Positions 50,301 through 59,307 of a stretch of 64,000 nucleotides of DNA are shown piece after piece. The notes under the pieces are model-generated. The model was not told the origin of the DNA and searched no databases. It saw nothing but the letters and a program-made list of their open reading frames with translations. Numbering within the stretch: the first letter of the stretch is position 1; each line of letters opens with the position of its first letter. A program made the position numbers and the translations under genes. This DNA is from a virus. Its lineage: Duplodnaviria; Caudoviricetes. The stretch lies in IMG/VR virus record IMGVR_UViG_3300037249_001368, positions 32,001 through 96,000 of that record; one strand, given 5' to 3'.

Positions 50301-51896
50301 GCCATAAACATTAAAACCGAGAATGTAGATTTATTCATACAGTCAACAGGAAAGATTTTTAGGTCATACACTGATTTCAGTTTAGTTGAGATGTTGGCAA
50401 TGGTTGGTACTTCAATAGCATCCTTGCCACTCATCATAAATTCGTTATTAGTTGCAGGTCTGCTTGCTTTAATCAGTGCTATAAACATTGATGCGGAACA
50501 GATAGACAAATTCAATGATGCTACCGGTAAAATCTTCAGAACTTACGCAAGTTTCAGTCTGAAGGAAATGTTGAAGATGGCTGGCACTGCAGTTGCTTCT
50601 CTACCACTTGTGGTTTCAGCATTAGCCGTTGCTGGTACTCTTCATCTGTTGGGTAAGACCGAACTTTCTGAGCAAAAAACAAAACTATTCATAACAGCCA
50701 TTAAATCCATCTTTAAGGCTTATTCAAGTTTCAGTCTTAGAGAAATGTTGAAGATGGCTGGCACCGCCGAAGCAGCAATGCCAATCGCGACAACAGCTTT
50801 GGCAATGTCTCACGTACTGAAAAACCTGACCGAGGTGGATGTGTCACAACAACAAATTGACAAGTTCACCACGATGGTTGTTGACTTTGTCAAGAATTTT
50901 GCAGAAACTATGGAAGCGACTTCTTCGGATGCTCTGAAAAAGATGAAGAACTCCGGAGAGTCACTAACCAACATAGTTGATATGGCTAAGGGATTTGTTG
51001 ACGTTCTCATTGCTATTGGAAACGGTAAGATTGGCAAATATGAAGTTGACCCAGTAACAGGTCAAGCAAAACTTGTTGATTTTGAGAAATTCGATTTAGA
51101 TACTGTATCTGTTGATGCTGGTCACAAACTTGGTAAGTTAATGGCTGACTTCGCTTCTGCTTATGCTGGTGCTCTTGAAATGAGTAGAAAAGAAGCCAAG
51201 CGTGCAAACAGAGCCAGTGAGGTACTTGCAGGTCTTTCGCCTGTTTTTGAAACAGTTGCTAATCTTGTTTCTGATGTAGAGAAAACAAAATTCTTGAGTG
51301 ATGAAACCCTGATGACTTCTATTTCAAAGAACATGCAAAACTTTGTTTTAGAATCAAAGGTCACATTACAACACATAAACGGTTTGGATGTCAAACAAGA
51401 AAAGTTCAAACTGTTCAAAGACCTCGTTCAGACATTCACACAAGACATTAAGTGGGAACTCGCGATAAAGAATACAGACAGATTCGGTGAAAGCGTTGGA
51501 ACCGTAGTTAAGAACATAAACGGTCTTGACCTTAAGAAAGCGATTCAAATGCAGAACATAGTTGACTCATTTACAAAGATGAGTAACTTGAAAGGTCTGC
51601 GAGACCAAATTAAGGAAATGACCGAGATGCTTAAAGAACTGAATCGTTACAACGAAAATATCAGTGAATCAGCATTGAATGTTTCTAAACAAACCGAACA
51701 AGTTGCCAAGAACCAACAAGCCACTCAACAATTAGTTAAGAATTTGGGTGAGGGTTCGGTGACAACTCAAGACTTGTTTAATGTCGTCAATCAAATCGTA
51801 ACCAACATGGTAACCGAAATCTTGAGAGGCATTGGTGCTAATACCTATGATGTGAATGTCAAGAATCGTGTTAAAATTGATGACAAAAATTATTAA
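47361..51896 (+). CDS. Tape-measure-like protein with many hydrophobic segments
   Basis: 1511 aa, helical, Ala/Leu/Gly-rich, ~59-aa tandem repeats, downstream of the tube gene. Confidence 0.65.
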   Translation: MRKKPETVDNTINQGVISIVTFLKKMSDDTDFLKLSVEEIRDSERQYLSIIEALKTNLELYFKRTDVGLKKKTKNDIASSDYTEKLTSIKETLDSLANGELMTKISSIEATLREIKNDMARQKTVGAPTKITGGKDLVEKLSSIENIINNIYVELQKKAKSAASSKVEATKVDTSNIEALSKSLSQLASTVSRKTNVALRRFIRLLNTLTSKDMAGQVKVSAAAFTDLSKQLSTIGTGLEKADTHMKKFMKGLTVFTLFMLSPTFSKAVTVFTKLMDAINKPKTTNVNKQATQWKWIFFSLALGIGTLVLALMNLENINWGKVLYLVGFLAAVSAAMYFGTRNMRNLTSVTGINKVKNKQSLKLNNNNSLAMQMLFLSVGLAVLLLAIDAIREIDWAEAGKLILFLLAVQTIMMVSDIIIGRKGAGLKGGMGILGFAIGVSILLLAIDAGKEVFFGSKPFSEDPKSWIGPWAVVGFIFIMALILGKSGIGRGNGGAAAQMLKFALGFAILLLAIDAGKEVFVKAFKAGEWYGVWGAIGFVLLMTFALGKSGIGQGNGGVAGQMIKFAAGLVILVGALWLMTELVEASGFWKTAGAVVLLAGTVFGLAFIVKQMSVQLKGVKRKQVFEDLLLLAAVAGLGTTIFAAIAAIQKLLGADNGKILGVVLIIMGTVLALGYGIYFVNKIIEEKKLTPAKIKKAEKFIIESLGIFALGVIVYAMIAATQKYLGADNAKVLGATQIIMLTLVEMLVLVWGVVQITKKMKDSDIAKGMLVVAAAAGLMILASMIYVIIAESQKGGVDNKKILGATQIMVLTIVEVLALVLIIGAITSNPFGAAVVGAGMAFMAALVGIVLMAAAALYIIGKSEADEEKVQFFINSTTKILLLFTNFTLPQMLAMLGMSLVAVPLVASALIMALTLALISAVNLDDAKIETFIESSRKIFLMYTQFSLGEMLAMVGLAVASLPLVINSLLMAGLIALISAINIKTENVDLFIQSTGKIFRSYTDFSLVEMLAMVGTSIASLPLIINSLLVAGLLALISAINIDAEQIDKFNDATGKIFRTYASFSLKEMLKMAGTAVASLPLVVSALAVAGTLHLLGKTELSEQKTKLFITAIKSIFKAYSSFSLREMLKMAGTAEAAMPIATTALAMSHVLKNLTEVDVSQQQIDKFTTMVVDFVKNFAETMEATSSDALKKMKNSGESLTNIVDMAKGFVDVLIAIGNGKIGKYEVDPVTGQAKLVDFEKFDLDTVSVDAGHKLGKLMADFASAYAGALEMSRKEAKRANRASEVLAGLSPVFETVANLVSDVEKTKFLSDETLMTSISKNMQNFVLESKVTLQHINGLDVKQEKFKLFKDLVQTFTQDIKWELAIKNTDRFGESVGTVVKNINGLDLKKAIQMQNIVDSFTKMSNLKGLRDQIKEMTEMLKELNRYNENISESALNVSKQTEQVAKNQQATQQLVKNLGEGSVTTQDLFNVVNQIVTNMVTEILRGIGANTYDVNVKNRVKIDDKNY

Positions 51897-51957
51897 ACCT
51901 GTCAGAAAAAATAAATTATCAGGCTAATAAATATTTCAATCATAGTTACAATTAGAG

Positions 51958-52323
51958 ATGGTACCGTTATTCGAGGAAGATAATTTTAGTGTTAAGATTA
52001 AGAAAATCAGAGACGTCTATGCAAAAAAGCGCGACGCCCTGAAAGAATCAAAGGAAAAGAAACTTGAGAATCTTCGCAATCAACGTGACCAGAAACTTGA
52101 GAACACTCACGGTCACCTCGAAAAAGCAAAAATCCGTTCAGACTTTGCTAAGAAGAGTGACCAGTTGAATTACAAAACAGAGGTCGAGATTGACAAGTTC
52201 AGAAAACAGCGGGACGAGGCGATTAAGAAAATCAAAGAACAACGTGAGAAACTGAAAGTTGTCAACAAAACCACAAAAACCGTCAAAGAAAAATCTACAA
52301 CCAAATCTAACACAACCAGATAG
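51958..52323 (+). CDS. Basic coiled-coil protein
   Basis: Lys/Arg-rich 121 aa with N-terminal LFEED. Confidence 0.7.
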   Translation: MVPLFEEDNFSVKIKKIRDVYAKKRDALKESKEKKLENLRNQRDQKLENTHGHLEKAKIRSDFAKKSDQLNYKTEVEIDKFRKQRDEAIKKIKEQREKLKVVNKTTKTVKEKSTTKSNTTR

Positions 52324-52351
52324 CACGAACATCCGAAGGATGTGAGTGGTA
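52321..52351 (+). repeat. Stop-codon hairpin family copy H
   Basis: TAGCAC-GAA-CATCC-GAA-GGATG-TGA-GTGGTA; begins at the TAG stop. Confidence 0.9.
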
Positions 52352-52366
52352 AAAATTTTATTTTCC

Positions 52367-52849
52367 ATGACTGAACTCACAGCAACACAGTGGTACATAC
52401 TTTACGGAGCAGGAATCCTGACTTTCATCGTTTCAATCCTTGACGACTTTCGCGTCAGGAGATTTACATGGTTTGAATGGATTCAGTATACTCTATTCAC
52501 GCTTATAGCAATCACCGCGGGTATCTTTTCATGCAGGGCACTTGAAACCAGTTTTGCATGGATGGTGATTGTATGTCTTGCTTGTGGTTTCTTGGGTGGT
52601 TCGGTTCTTATCAAAATCGACTTACGTAAAAACGAACTGTCAGACCAAGTCGTTGATTCTCTGAAAGATAAAATGAAATCTTGGTCAAGTTCATATATAG
52701 CAGGTCAAATCAACGGTGGTAACATTATACCCGAGACCTCGTTAGAATACGACGAACACATCAAGAGTCATATCGTGATTGATAACTCAAATACAATCGT
52801 TGACCCGAACCAATCTGATTATAATCCGTTTGACGAAATGTGTAAATAG
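52367..52849 (+). CDS. Membrane protein, holin-like
   Basis: Three N-terminal TM segments and a hydrophilic tail; ATG at 52367. Confidence 0.5.
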   Translation: MTELTATQWYILYGAGILTFIVSILDDFRVRRFTWFEWIQYTLFTLIAITAGIFSCRALETSFAWMVIVCLACGFLGGSVLIKIDLRKNELSDQVVDSLKDKMKSWSSSYIAGQINGGNIIPETSLEYDEHIKSHIVIDNSNTIVDPNQSDYNPFDEMCK

Positions 52850-52870
52850 CACGAATAAGTACGCTGAATC

Positions 52871-54634
52871 ATGAAGCTAAACACAGGACTAAACATATTG
52901 TATGGCAAGAACCTCGACGCCAAGATTTCTAAGAAAATCTTGTACGCGAACACCAATGGTAAGTTACAGAACCAAAAAGTTCTGAATAAAGCCGTTGGTA
53001 TTCCGAGCGACCCGTTGTATTTGAACAACAACGATATGTTCTATGCCAGCTACAATCCTGACATCAGATACAGAAACTATTTCCAGTTCTCGTCATTAGC
53101 AAACATTGAGTATCGTAATGCGTTACTCCTGTTTGCTGAAAACAAGAAAATCAAAAAGGCCGTGAAAATCATGGCTGATGAAATGGTTGTTGTTGATAGT
53201 GATGCTCAGCGTTATCCTGTTCAGCCAGATATCAACATCACCAAACTGGAAACAGATAAGCAGAAAGTTGGTACCGCAATCGTTGATTATCTTGACAATG
53301 TCTTTTATCCGAAACTTTGGAGAATGTACGACTTCGACAGTTTCGGTGATGGTGGCATAATTGATATGTTGAAAGAGTTCCTTATCACAGGAAAACTGGC
53401 ATGGGAAATAATTTATGACAGTATCAAGAACCCCAAAGACATTATTGGTTTGCAACCGTTAGACCCAACCACGTTACAGAAATACAAGGTTGGTGATGAC
53501 ATATATTACGTTCAGAGAACAGTGTTTGATGGACGTGAAAGAATCCTCCACGAAAACCAAGTAATCTTGGTTGAGTGGAATAAGTATGACTTCGGGTATG
53601 TTTCTTATGTTGACGGTCTACGACTGTCATACAACATAATGAACTCCATGAACACCTCCAAAGCGTTATGGTTTGCAGCAAAATCCCAAGTGAGGATGCA
53701 CATCAGATTAGCGCTTGGTGACGTGTCAAGGGACGAAGCCGAACAAAGACTTTCTGAAGCCGCTCAGCGCTATACGAACAACTTTAAGTTCAGCGAGGAT
53801 GGTGTGGTTCTGTTTAACAACCAACCAAACAATTCAGGCTACAGAGAGTTCTTTACTGGTGAAACATCTGTATCAGGTCATCCTGAAATCGAGGAAGTAA
53901 ACGCCAACGGTCCCGACTTAACCGAAACAGATTCATTATCCTATTGGGAGAAACTCTATTGGGAAGATACGGGAATACCGTTTGACAGAATCGACCCTAA
54001 CAACAGTGATAACTGGGGGTTCCTCGACGTAGAATCACTCAAGAAAACCGAAATCATTTTCGCCAAGGACGTAGAAGCCATTCGACGTATGTTGAATGAC
54101 ATTTGGATGAAACCAATCATCATTCAACTAACACTGAAAGAGGTAGAAATTGGAATTGACCTCAGCCTGTTGGATTCAATCGAACTGAAATGGGCATCGT
54201 ACAACCAGTACGAAAAGATGGCAGACTTAGGAATCCTTGAAAAGAAAGTAGGTATCGCACAGAACATCAAGGACTTTGGTACCACCATGAACGCCGCCGA
54301 TAAGGAAGTCCCGTTCTTCTCGGTCAACTGGCTCACCCGAAACATTTTGGGTTACGACGAAGCCACAATCAAACTCATCAAAGAAGCCAGACGTCTCGAA
54401 TACGAAGAACTTGGTTTCGACGAGAACGGTTGTCCTAAGAAGGAATTTGTTGACGCGAGCATGGGTTCGTTAGGCGACATGGGATTGGGTGACATGGGTG
54501 GCGGTAGTGGTGATTTGGATGACCTGTACGGTGGTTCCCCAGAAGACGAAGAACCAGAAAATTCATCCGATGACGAGGAACATTTCGTCGAAGATGAAGA
54601 AGCAATTTCTGATTCGGATGATTCACAGCTTTGA
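52871..54634 (+). CDS. Portal protein, T4 gp20-like
   Basis: FLITGKLAWEI, LQPLDPT, LSYWEKLYWEDTGIPFDRI and acidic C-terminus; upstream of protease and capsid genes. Confidence 0.82.
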   Translation: MKLNTGLNILYGKNLDAKISKKILYANTNGKLQNQKVLNKAVGIPSDPLYLNNNDMFYASYNPDIRYRNYFQFSSLANIEYRNALLLFAENKKIKKAVKIMADEMVVVDSDAQRYPVQPDINITKLETDKQKVGTAIVDYLDNVFYPKLWRMYDFDSFGDGGIIDMLKEFLITGKLAWEIIYDSIKNPKDIIGLQPLDPTTLQKYKVGDDIYYVQRTVFDGRERILHENQVILVEWNKYDFGYVSYVDGLRLSYNIMNSMNTSKALWFAAKSQVRMHIRLALGDVSRDEAEQRLSEAAQRYTNNFKFSEDGVVLFNNQPNNSGYREFFTGETSVSGHPEIEEVNANGPDLTETDSLSYWEKLYWEDTGIPFDRIDPNNSDNWGFLDVESLKKTEIIFAKDVEAIRRMLNDIWMKPIIIQLTLKEVEIGIDLSLLDSIELKWASYNQYEKMADLGILEKKVGIAQNIKDFGTTMNAADKEVPFFSVNWLTRNILGYDEATIKLIKEARRLEYEELGFDENGCPKKEFVDASMGSLGDMGLGDMGGGSGDLDDLYGGSPEDEEPENSSDDEEHFVEDEEAISDSDDSQL

Positions 54635-54660
54635 CACAAACATCTAAAATGTGAGTGTCA
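54632..54660 (+). repeat. Stop-codon hairpin family copy I (degenerate)
   Basis: TGACAC-AAA-CATCTAAAATG-TGA-GTGTCA; begins at the TGA stop. Confidence 0.8.
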
Positions 54661-54688
54661 GTAATTAATACATAGAAAATACAAAACC

Positions 54689-55231
54689 ATGAACATATCA
54701 GAAAACGAAGTAAACAAAGCTCTTGAAACCAGCAAATACGTAGAATGGATGATGATGTCAATCAGAGATTATGTCTTTGGTGACAATCCTCGTTTGCTTT
54801 ACATTGCTTCATCGTTGCAAAAGAATCGTTTTTTCGGTTGGAATGATTTCATCGAACAGTTGGTACAAAATCCTGACAGATTGTCAGAGAAATGGATTCT
54901 TGCTCTTGCACAGAAACACCTAAAGCATAAATTCAACAACACCGAAGACATTTACCGAACAGTGATGGGTGTTGCCGAAAATGATGTATTTGAAGTGATT
55001 TGCGAGACTTTGAGCGACATGCCTACCGTAAAAGGTTTCCACATTTACGGTGATGCTATGGACCTCAGGGCTGGTAAAGACGAAACAGACCTTTATTTCT
55101 ATTTCAACAACCCGTTGTCTTTATCAGAACAAAAAGAACTGATTAGACAATTATCAATCACTGGTTATTACAGAATGTACAGAATGGCTGTTACGTCTGA
55201 TTTAGTGATGATTAAACTGGCAAACAAATAA
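54689..55231 (+). CDS. Hypothetical protein
   Basis: 180 aa ORF. Confidence 0.7.
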   Translation: MNISENEVNKALETSKYVEWMMMSIRDYVFGDNPRLLYIASSLQKNRFFGWNDFIEQLVQNPDRLSEKWILALAQKHLKHKFNNTEDIYRTVMGVAENDVFEVICETLSDMPTVKGFHIYGDAMDLRAGKDETDLYFYFNNPLSLSEQKELIRQLSITGYYRMYRMAVTSDLVMIKLANK

Positions 55232-55373
55232 TACATAAGCGTATCTCGGACAACCAAGTCCGTCTACATAGTCAACCCAATTATTAATCGGGGCATATAG
55301 ACCCCAGTAGAGTCTGCAGGTCTGTTGAGGTCTCAACTTTTCGGAGGATAAAGCCCCACAAAACATTTACAAA

Positions 55374-56720
55374 ATGGCAACTAAAAAAGAATTTGTTGTT
55401 CAGCTTGTCGAGGACATGAAGACTAACGCCCGTGCCGTTCTGAAAGGCCACGGTTTGCGTCCTGACATTTTGAACGTGATTTGCGAACGCGCTGACATCA
55501 TGTCGAAACTCGGCTCCATCGCTTGGAACCTGAAGTGGGCCAGCTCTGGCAAAAACGCTCTGATTCACCGCCCGAACTTCAAGATTTTCGGTTACGACAG
55601 CTTCGGTCGTTTCAACATGGAAGCTCGTACCGACGTCGAAGAGTTCATCAACGGTTTGTCTGAGGAAGACCAGAAGACTTTCACCAACAGCGACAACATC
55701 GTGGTGATTATCGCTCAACCCGACTCAGAAATCATCGAGGACGACGAGACCCAAATCGTTACTGGTCCTTCGTTGGTTGTTCCTTTCGACAAAGCCGTCC
55801 GCGCCGAACAGAAGACTATCGGTGGCAAGTACATCGCAGTCATGTTTGGTGAAAGCGCCATCCGCAACACTGGTGCCCCGAAGACTGAAGTGTCTACCGG
55901 TGTCTCCGCTCAGAAGCGCAAACTCCTCGCCAAGAGACGTGCCAAGAAAGCCGAACTGAACAAGAAAGTGTATGCTCTGCGTGGCAAAGCTTCCGACCTC
56001 CAGCGTCAAATCGCAGCCGGCACCGCTCAGCAAGCCATCAAGGCTGGCATCCAAGACGAAGCCGCTGCTTACGGTCCGAAACTCGCCGCTGCCATGAAGA
56101 CCCTGAACAACCGCGACAAGCAGTTGGTGAAGACCTTCATGTTGCTCAAGAAAGAAGGCGACCTCGCTACCGCAAAGAACGTCCTGAAGACCCTGAAGAA
56201 CGAAGAAGTGCTGCGTCTGTTGCTCGACGGCGAACCCGATGCCAAGACCAACCTCAGCGCCCGCCGTACTCAACTCCGCAAAGACCTCGCCAAGTGGCGC
56301 GCCAAAGCTGAGAAGTACATCGAGGACGTGAAGACTCAGAAGGCTCTCGGTAACAAGAAGGGCGTCATCGGTGCTCAAGCCAATCTCCGTCGTGCTACGA
56401 ACAAGATTGCTGAACTCCGCGCCGCTCTCGACACCTACAGCCGTATGTCCAGCAAAGCCCTGAGCAAGAAGGCTGCCGCTCTGAAGAAGACCAACGACGC
56501 CATCGAGAAACTCATCGCCAAGGGTGCTACTCTCGACCAAGCCATCGAGAAGGCAGTCAATGCCCTGAACGCCACCCCCGGTGAGAAAGACCTCATCAAG
56601 GAACAGGTCATGGCCGAAGTTGCTGACGGCACCATCGCCCAATTCGCAGTGCAACAAGCCATCCAAGACAACATGGTCGAGGACGAGACCGACATCAATG
56701 CTCTCATTGACGCCATCTAA
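55374..56720 (+). CDS. Probably highly expressed Lys/Ala-rich helical protein (possible head-core/DNA-binding protein)
   Basis: Codon bias like the capsid gene; own promoter motif and terminator. Confidence 0.75.
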   Translation: MATKKEFVVQLVEDMKTNARAVLKGHGLRPDILNVICERADIMSKLGSIAWNLKWASSGKNALIHRPNFKIFGYDSFGRFNMEARTDVEEFINGLSEEDQKTFTNSDNIVVIIAQPDSEIIEDDETQIVTGPSLVVPFDKAVRAEQKTIGGKYIAVMFGESAIRNTGAPKTEVSTGVSAQKRKLLAKRRAKKAELNKKVYALRGKASDLQRQIAAGTAQQAIKAGIQDEAAAYGPKLAAAMKTLNNRDKQLVKTFMLLKKEGDLATAKNVLKTLKNEEVLRLLLDGEPDAKTNLSARRTQLRKDLAKWRAKAEKYIEDVKTQKALGNKKGVIGAQANLRRATNKIAELRAALDTYSRMSSKALSKKAAALKKTNDAIEKLIAKGATLDQAIEKAVNALNATPGEKDLIKEQVMAEVADGTIAQFAVQQAIQDNMVEDETDINALIDAI

Positions 56721-56747
56721 TCTCTGACCAAAGATTTGTCAAAGAAC

Positions 56748-56785
56748 CGAAACACCGAGCTCATTGAGTTCGGTGTTTCGCCTTT
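56748..56785 (+). terminator. Probable terminator
   Basis: CGAAACACCGAGCTC-ATT-GAGTTCGGTGTTTCG. Confidence 0.7.
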
Positions 56786-56821
56786 CTAAAATCAAAAACA
56801 ATATATAGAAAAATTCATAAA

Positions 56822-57397
56822 ATGCCTTTTCCAATCCAAAATCAGACATCCCAATTAAAACTGAAGTTTGCTGGTCCGCTTGTCAAAGATTGGCAAGTTG
56901 CTCTCAAGCAAGATTTGGTGACATTGGATAATAACTATGATTATAAGCTAGTTTGGGTGAATGAGATTAAATCTTTGTTCTATCTGAACGCTGGTTGTAG
57001 TGGTGCTGATTTATCACATTGGATTCAATATGGTTCTTCTGCTACAATCACGCGGCACAATCAGAACCAATCATACACAGCAGGTGAGTGTGTTTATACT
57101 TTGGATGGTGGACTCTATGTCGCCATTGCTGCTGTTCCTGAAAACACCCCAATAACCAACACCGATTATTGGTTACAGTTATCAGGCAGTTCAGTGACAA
57201 TGTATGTAGAGTTCACGAACCAATCAGAAGTCCTTATTACATCATTAGTCACTCACCCAATCTTCCAAGTTTTTATCGACAATATGTTAGCCGACGCCGA
57301 AGTCGTAAACACGAGCGTTGAAAACAACATTTGGAAGATTTCCTTCTACGAAGACAACGAGTTATCACCAAAGACAGGTTACGTGGTTATTAAGTGA
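56822..57397 (+). CDS. Virion protein with small carbohydrate-binding-like module
   Basis: YTAGECVY...GLYVAI......P.TNTDYW pattern. Confidence 0.5.
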   Translation: MPFPIQNQTSQLKLKFAGPLVKDWQVALKQDLVTLDNNYDYKLVWVNEIKSLFYLNAGCSGADLSHWIQYGSSATITRHNQNQSYTAGECVYTLDGGLYVAIAAVPENTPITNTDYWLQLSGSSVTMYVEFTNQSEVLITSLVTHPIFQVFIDNMLADAEVVNTSVENNIWKISFYEDNELSPKTGYVVIK

Positions 57398-57439
57398 CCA
57401 AAATCTGGATTAATAAATACCCTGAAACAAAACATCAAA

Positions 57440-58474
57440 ATGGGAAAAATATCCAACAAATTCTTATACGTCGAGTCACCGCAAATCCCCCTGATTTCGG
57501 TAGACTATGCGGATATCAAAAAGGAAACTATCGACCCGACCACGGGTAAGCCATACAAGGGGATAATTCTTTTTGGTGAGTTCGCCGACCTGAGCAACGA
57601 GACTCTGAACAACAACAAGCGCATTTATGATGTTCCGTTGTATCTTCAGTTGCTTGGTGACTTACGAAAGAAAATCCACGAGAAGAAGGGAGTCTACGGT
57701 GAACTTGAACACCCCAATAGTTACGCAGTAAACTACAAGATGGTGTCCCATAAAATCTTGGATGTGTACTACGACGAGAAAACCAAAAAGGTTATGGGTT
57801 ATGTTCTGTTGCTGAATACTCCTGAAGGAAAGAAAGCTCAGGAAGTGGTTAAGAGTGGTGGCTGCTTGGCTATTTCAGGAAGAGCCGCTGGTGAAGAGAT
57901 TGCTCAATCCGACGGTTCATTCTTGGCAAAAGTCAAATTGCTCACCACCTATGATTTAGTATATCATCCTGGTTTTTCATCCGCTGTCTTAGACTTCAAA
58001 GAACTTAACGAGTCCTACAACTTTGGTCGTCAATCAGACTACCAACACAATCCTTACTCATGCATCATCACCGAAAATCAACTAAGAGCTATACATGAAT
58101 CATACAATCAGTTCAGGGCTCAGATTTCAGGAATGGATACATTGAACGAGTGTTTCTTGGGTTGGTATAGTAATCTTAACGAAGACCAAAAACCTTCCCA
58201 ACAGCAGAAACAGCAACAGGAAAAGTTGCAAGACTCCGAACAACCAAAAGAGGAAAAATACCAACAGAAGTTGGAGAGGGCCGCTGACCAAGACCTCTCA
58301 GAGAAACATAAGAAACGTTATATGCAAATCCTGAGACGCAATCAGAGAACGACAACTCGTAATCTGAAAAACCTGTCTAAGATTGGAAATGCTGTTTACG
58401 ACAATTCGGCTGGATTTCTGAGTGATGGTTTGGCTGGCCTGCCTAACACTACCAGTGTAGCCACGGGCGTCTGA
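57440..58474 (+). CDS. Prohead core protease, T4 gp21-like
   Basis: NNNKRIY, GELEHP, VSHKI, LLNTPEGK, ISGRAAG and TYDLVYHPGFSSA. Confidence 0.88.
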   Translation: MGKISNKFLYVESPQIPLISVDYADIKKETIDPTTGKPYKGIILFGEFADLSNETLNNNKRIYDVPLYLQLLGDLRKKIHEKKGVYGELEHPNSYAVNYKMVSHKILDVYYDEKTKKVMGYVLLLNTPEGKKAQEVVKSGGCLAISGRAAGEEIAQSDGSFLAKVKLLTTYDLVYHPGFSSAVLDFKELNESYNFGRQSDYQHNPYSCIITENQLRAIHESYNQFRAQISGMDTLNECFLGWYSNLNEDQKPSQQQKQQQEKLQDSEQPKEEKYQQKLERAADQDLSEKHKKRYMQILRRNQRTTTRNLKNLSKIGNAVYDNSAGFLSDGLAGLPNTTSVATGV

Positions 58475-58565
58475 CTTTTTGTTCCACAATTAAGTGGTAT
58501 TTAATACATACTCACGAAAATAACCAACAACTTTTTCAAATTTTTAATTAAAAATTTCAAAAACT

Positions 58566-59243
58566 ATGGCTAGTAACACAGTTATGAAAATCATCTCCGA
58601 CAATGAGGAGATTGAAAACCAAATTGCGAGAGAGACTTCGCTGAACGAATCTGAGGATATCACCCTCGACGGCACCGATGTTTTCCAAGACGACGAAGAC
58701 CTTGACATCTTCGAGGACGAAGACACCGACACCCTGTACGAAGAGGATGACGAAGACCTTGACGAGATTCTTGAGGACGAAGACGAACTCGAGAACGACG
58801 AACTGACCGAAGATGAGGACGACTTCCTGTTCGAGGATGACGACGAGTGCGACGAGAACCTCGACGAAGACGAAGACGACTTCCTCTTTGAGGACGACGA
58901 GTGCGATGACAATCTCGACGAAGACGACGAAGACCTGTTCGAGTCCGAGGAAACCGACGAGGACAAGAAACAGCAGAAAAAGATGCAACAGCTGAAGCAA
59001 CAGCAAGCCAAGCAAATGCAACAGCTGAAGCAGCAACAAGCCAAACAGCTCAAGAAAGAGCAGCAAAAGACCCAAACTCCTCAACAGAAGAAAAAGGTCC
59101 AGCAGCTCAAGCAGCAACAGGCCAAGCAGGTCCAGCAGCTGAAGCAACAGCAAGCTAAGGAAACTCAGCAAGCCAAGAAGCAACAGCAGAAGAAGCAACA
59201 GTCGCTCAACGAGAGCATCCGCAAATTCTACGGTTTGAACTAA
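58566..59243 (+). CDS. Prohead scaffold/core-like protein (acidic repeats plus Gln/Lys repeats)
   Basis: Between protease and capsid genes; repeated DFLFEDDE and QQLKQQQAK units. Confidence 0.7.
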   Translation: MASNTVMKIISDNEEIENQIARETSLNESEDITLDGTDVFQDDEDLDIFEDEDTDTLYEEDDEDLDEILEDEDELENDELTEDEDDFLFEDDDECDENLDEDEDDFLFEDDECDDNLDEDDEDLFESEETDEDKKQQKKMQQLKQQQAKQMQQLKQQQAKQLKKEQQKTQTPQQKKKVQQLKQQQAKQVQQLKQQQAKETQQAKKQQQKKQQSLNESIRKFYGLN

Positions 59244-59307
59244 TCCCAGACCGCGAATACATAGAGAGAAAATAACTAATTTTTCTAACACTTAAAACAG
59301 AGATATC

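Noticed and set aside
29177-54660. Stop-codon hairpins as SECIS/PYLIS-type recoding or gene-fusion readthrough signals
   Set aside because: They occur on all three stop codons. In the six copies checked, readthrough meets another stop within about 8-17 codons and does not fuse to the next gene.
21633-54660. Hairpin repeats as a CRISPR array
   Set aside because: Copies are dispersed kilobases apart with no regular spacers, and no cas genes are present.
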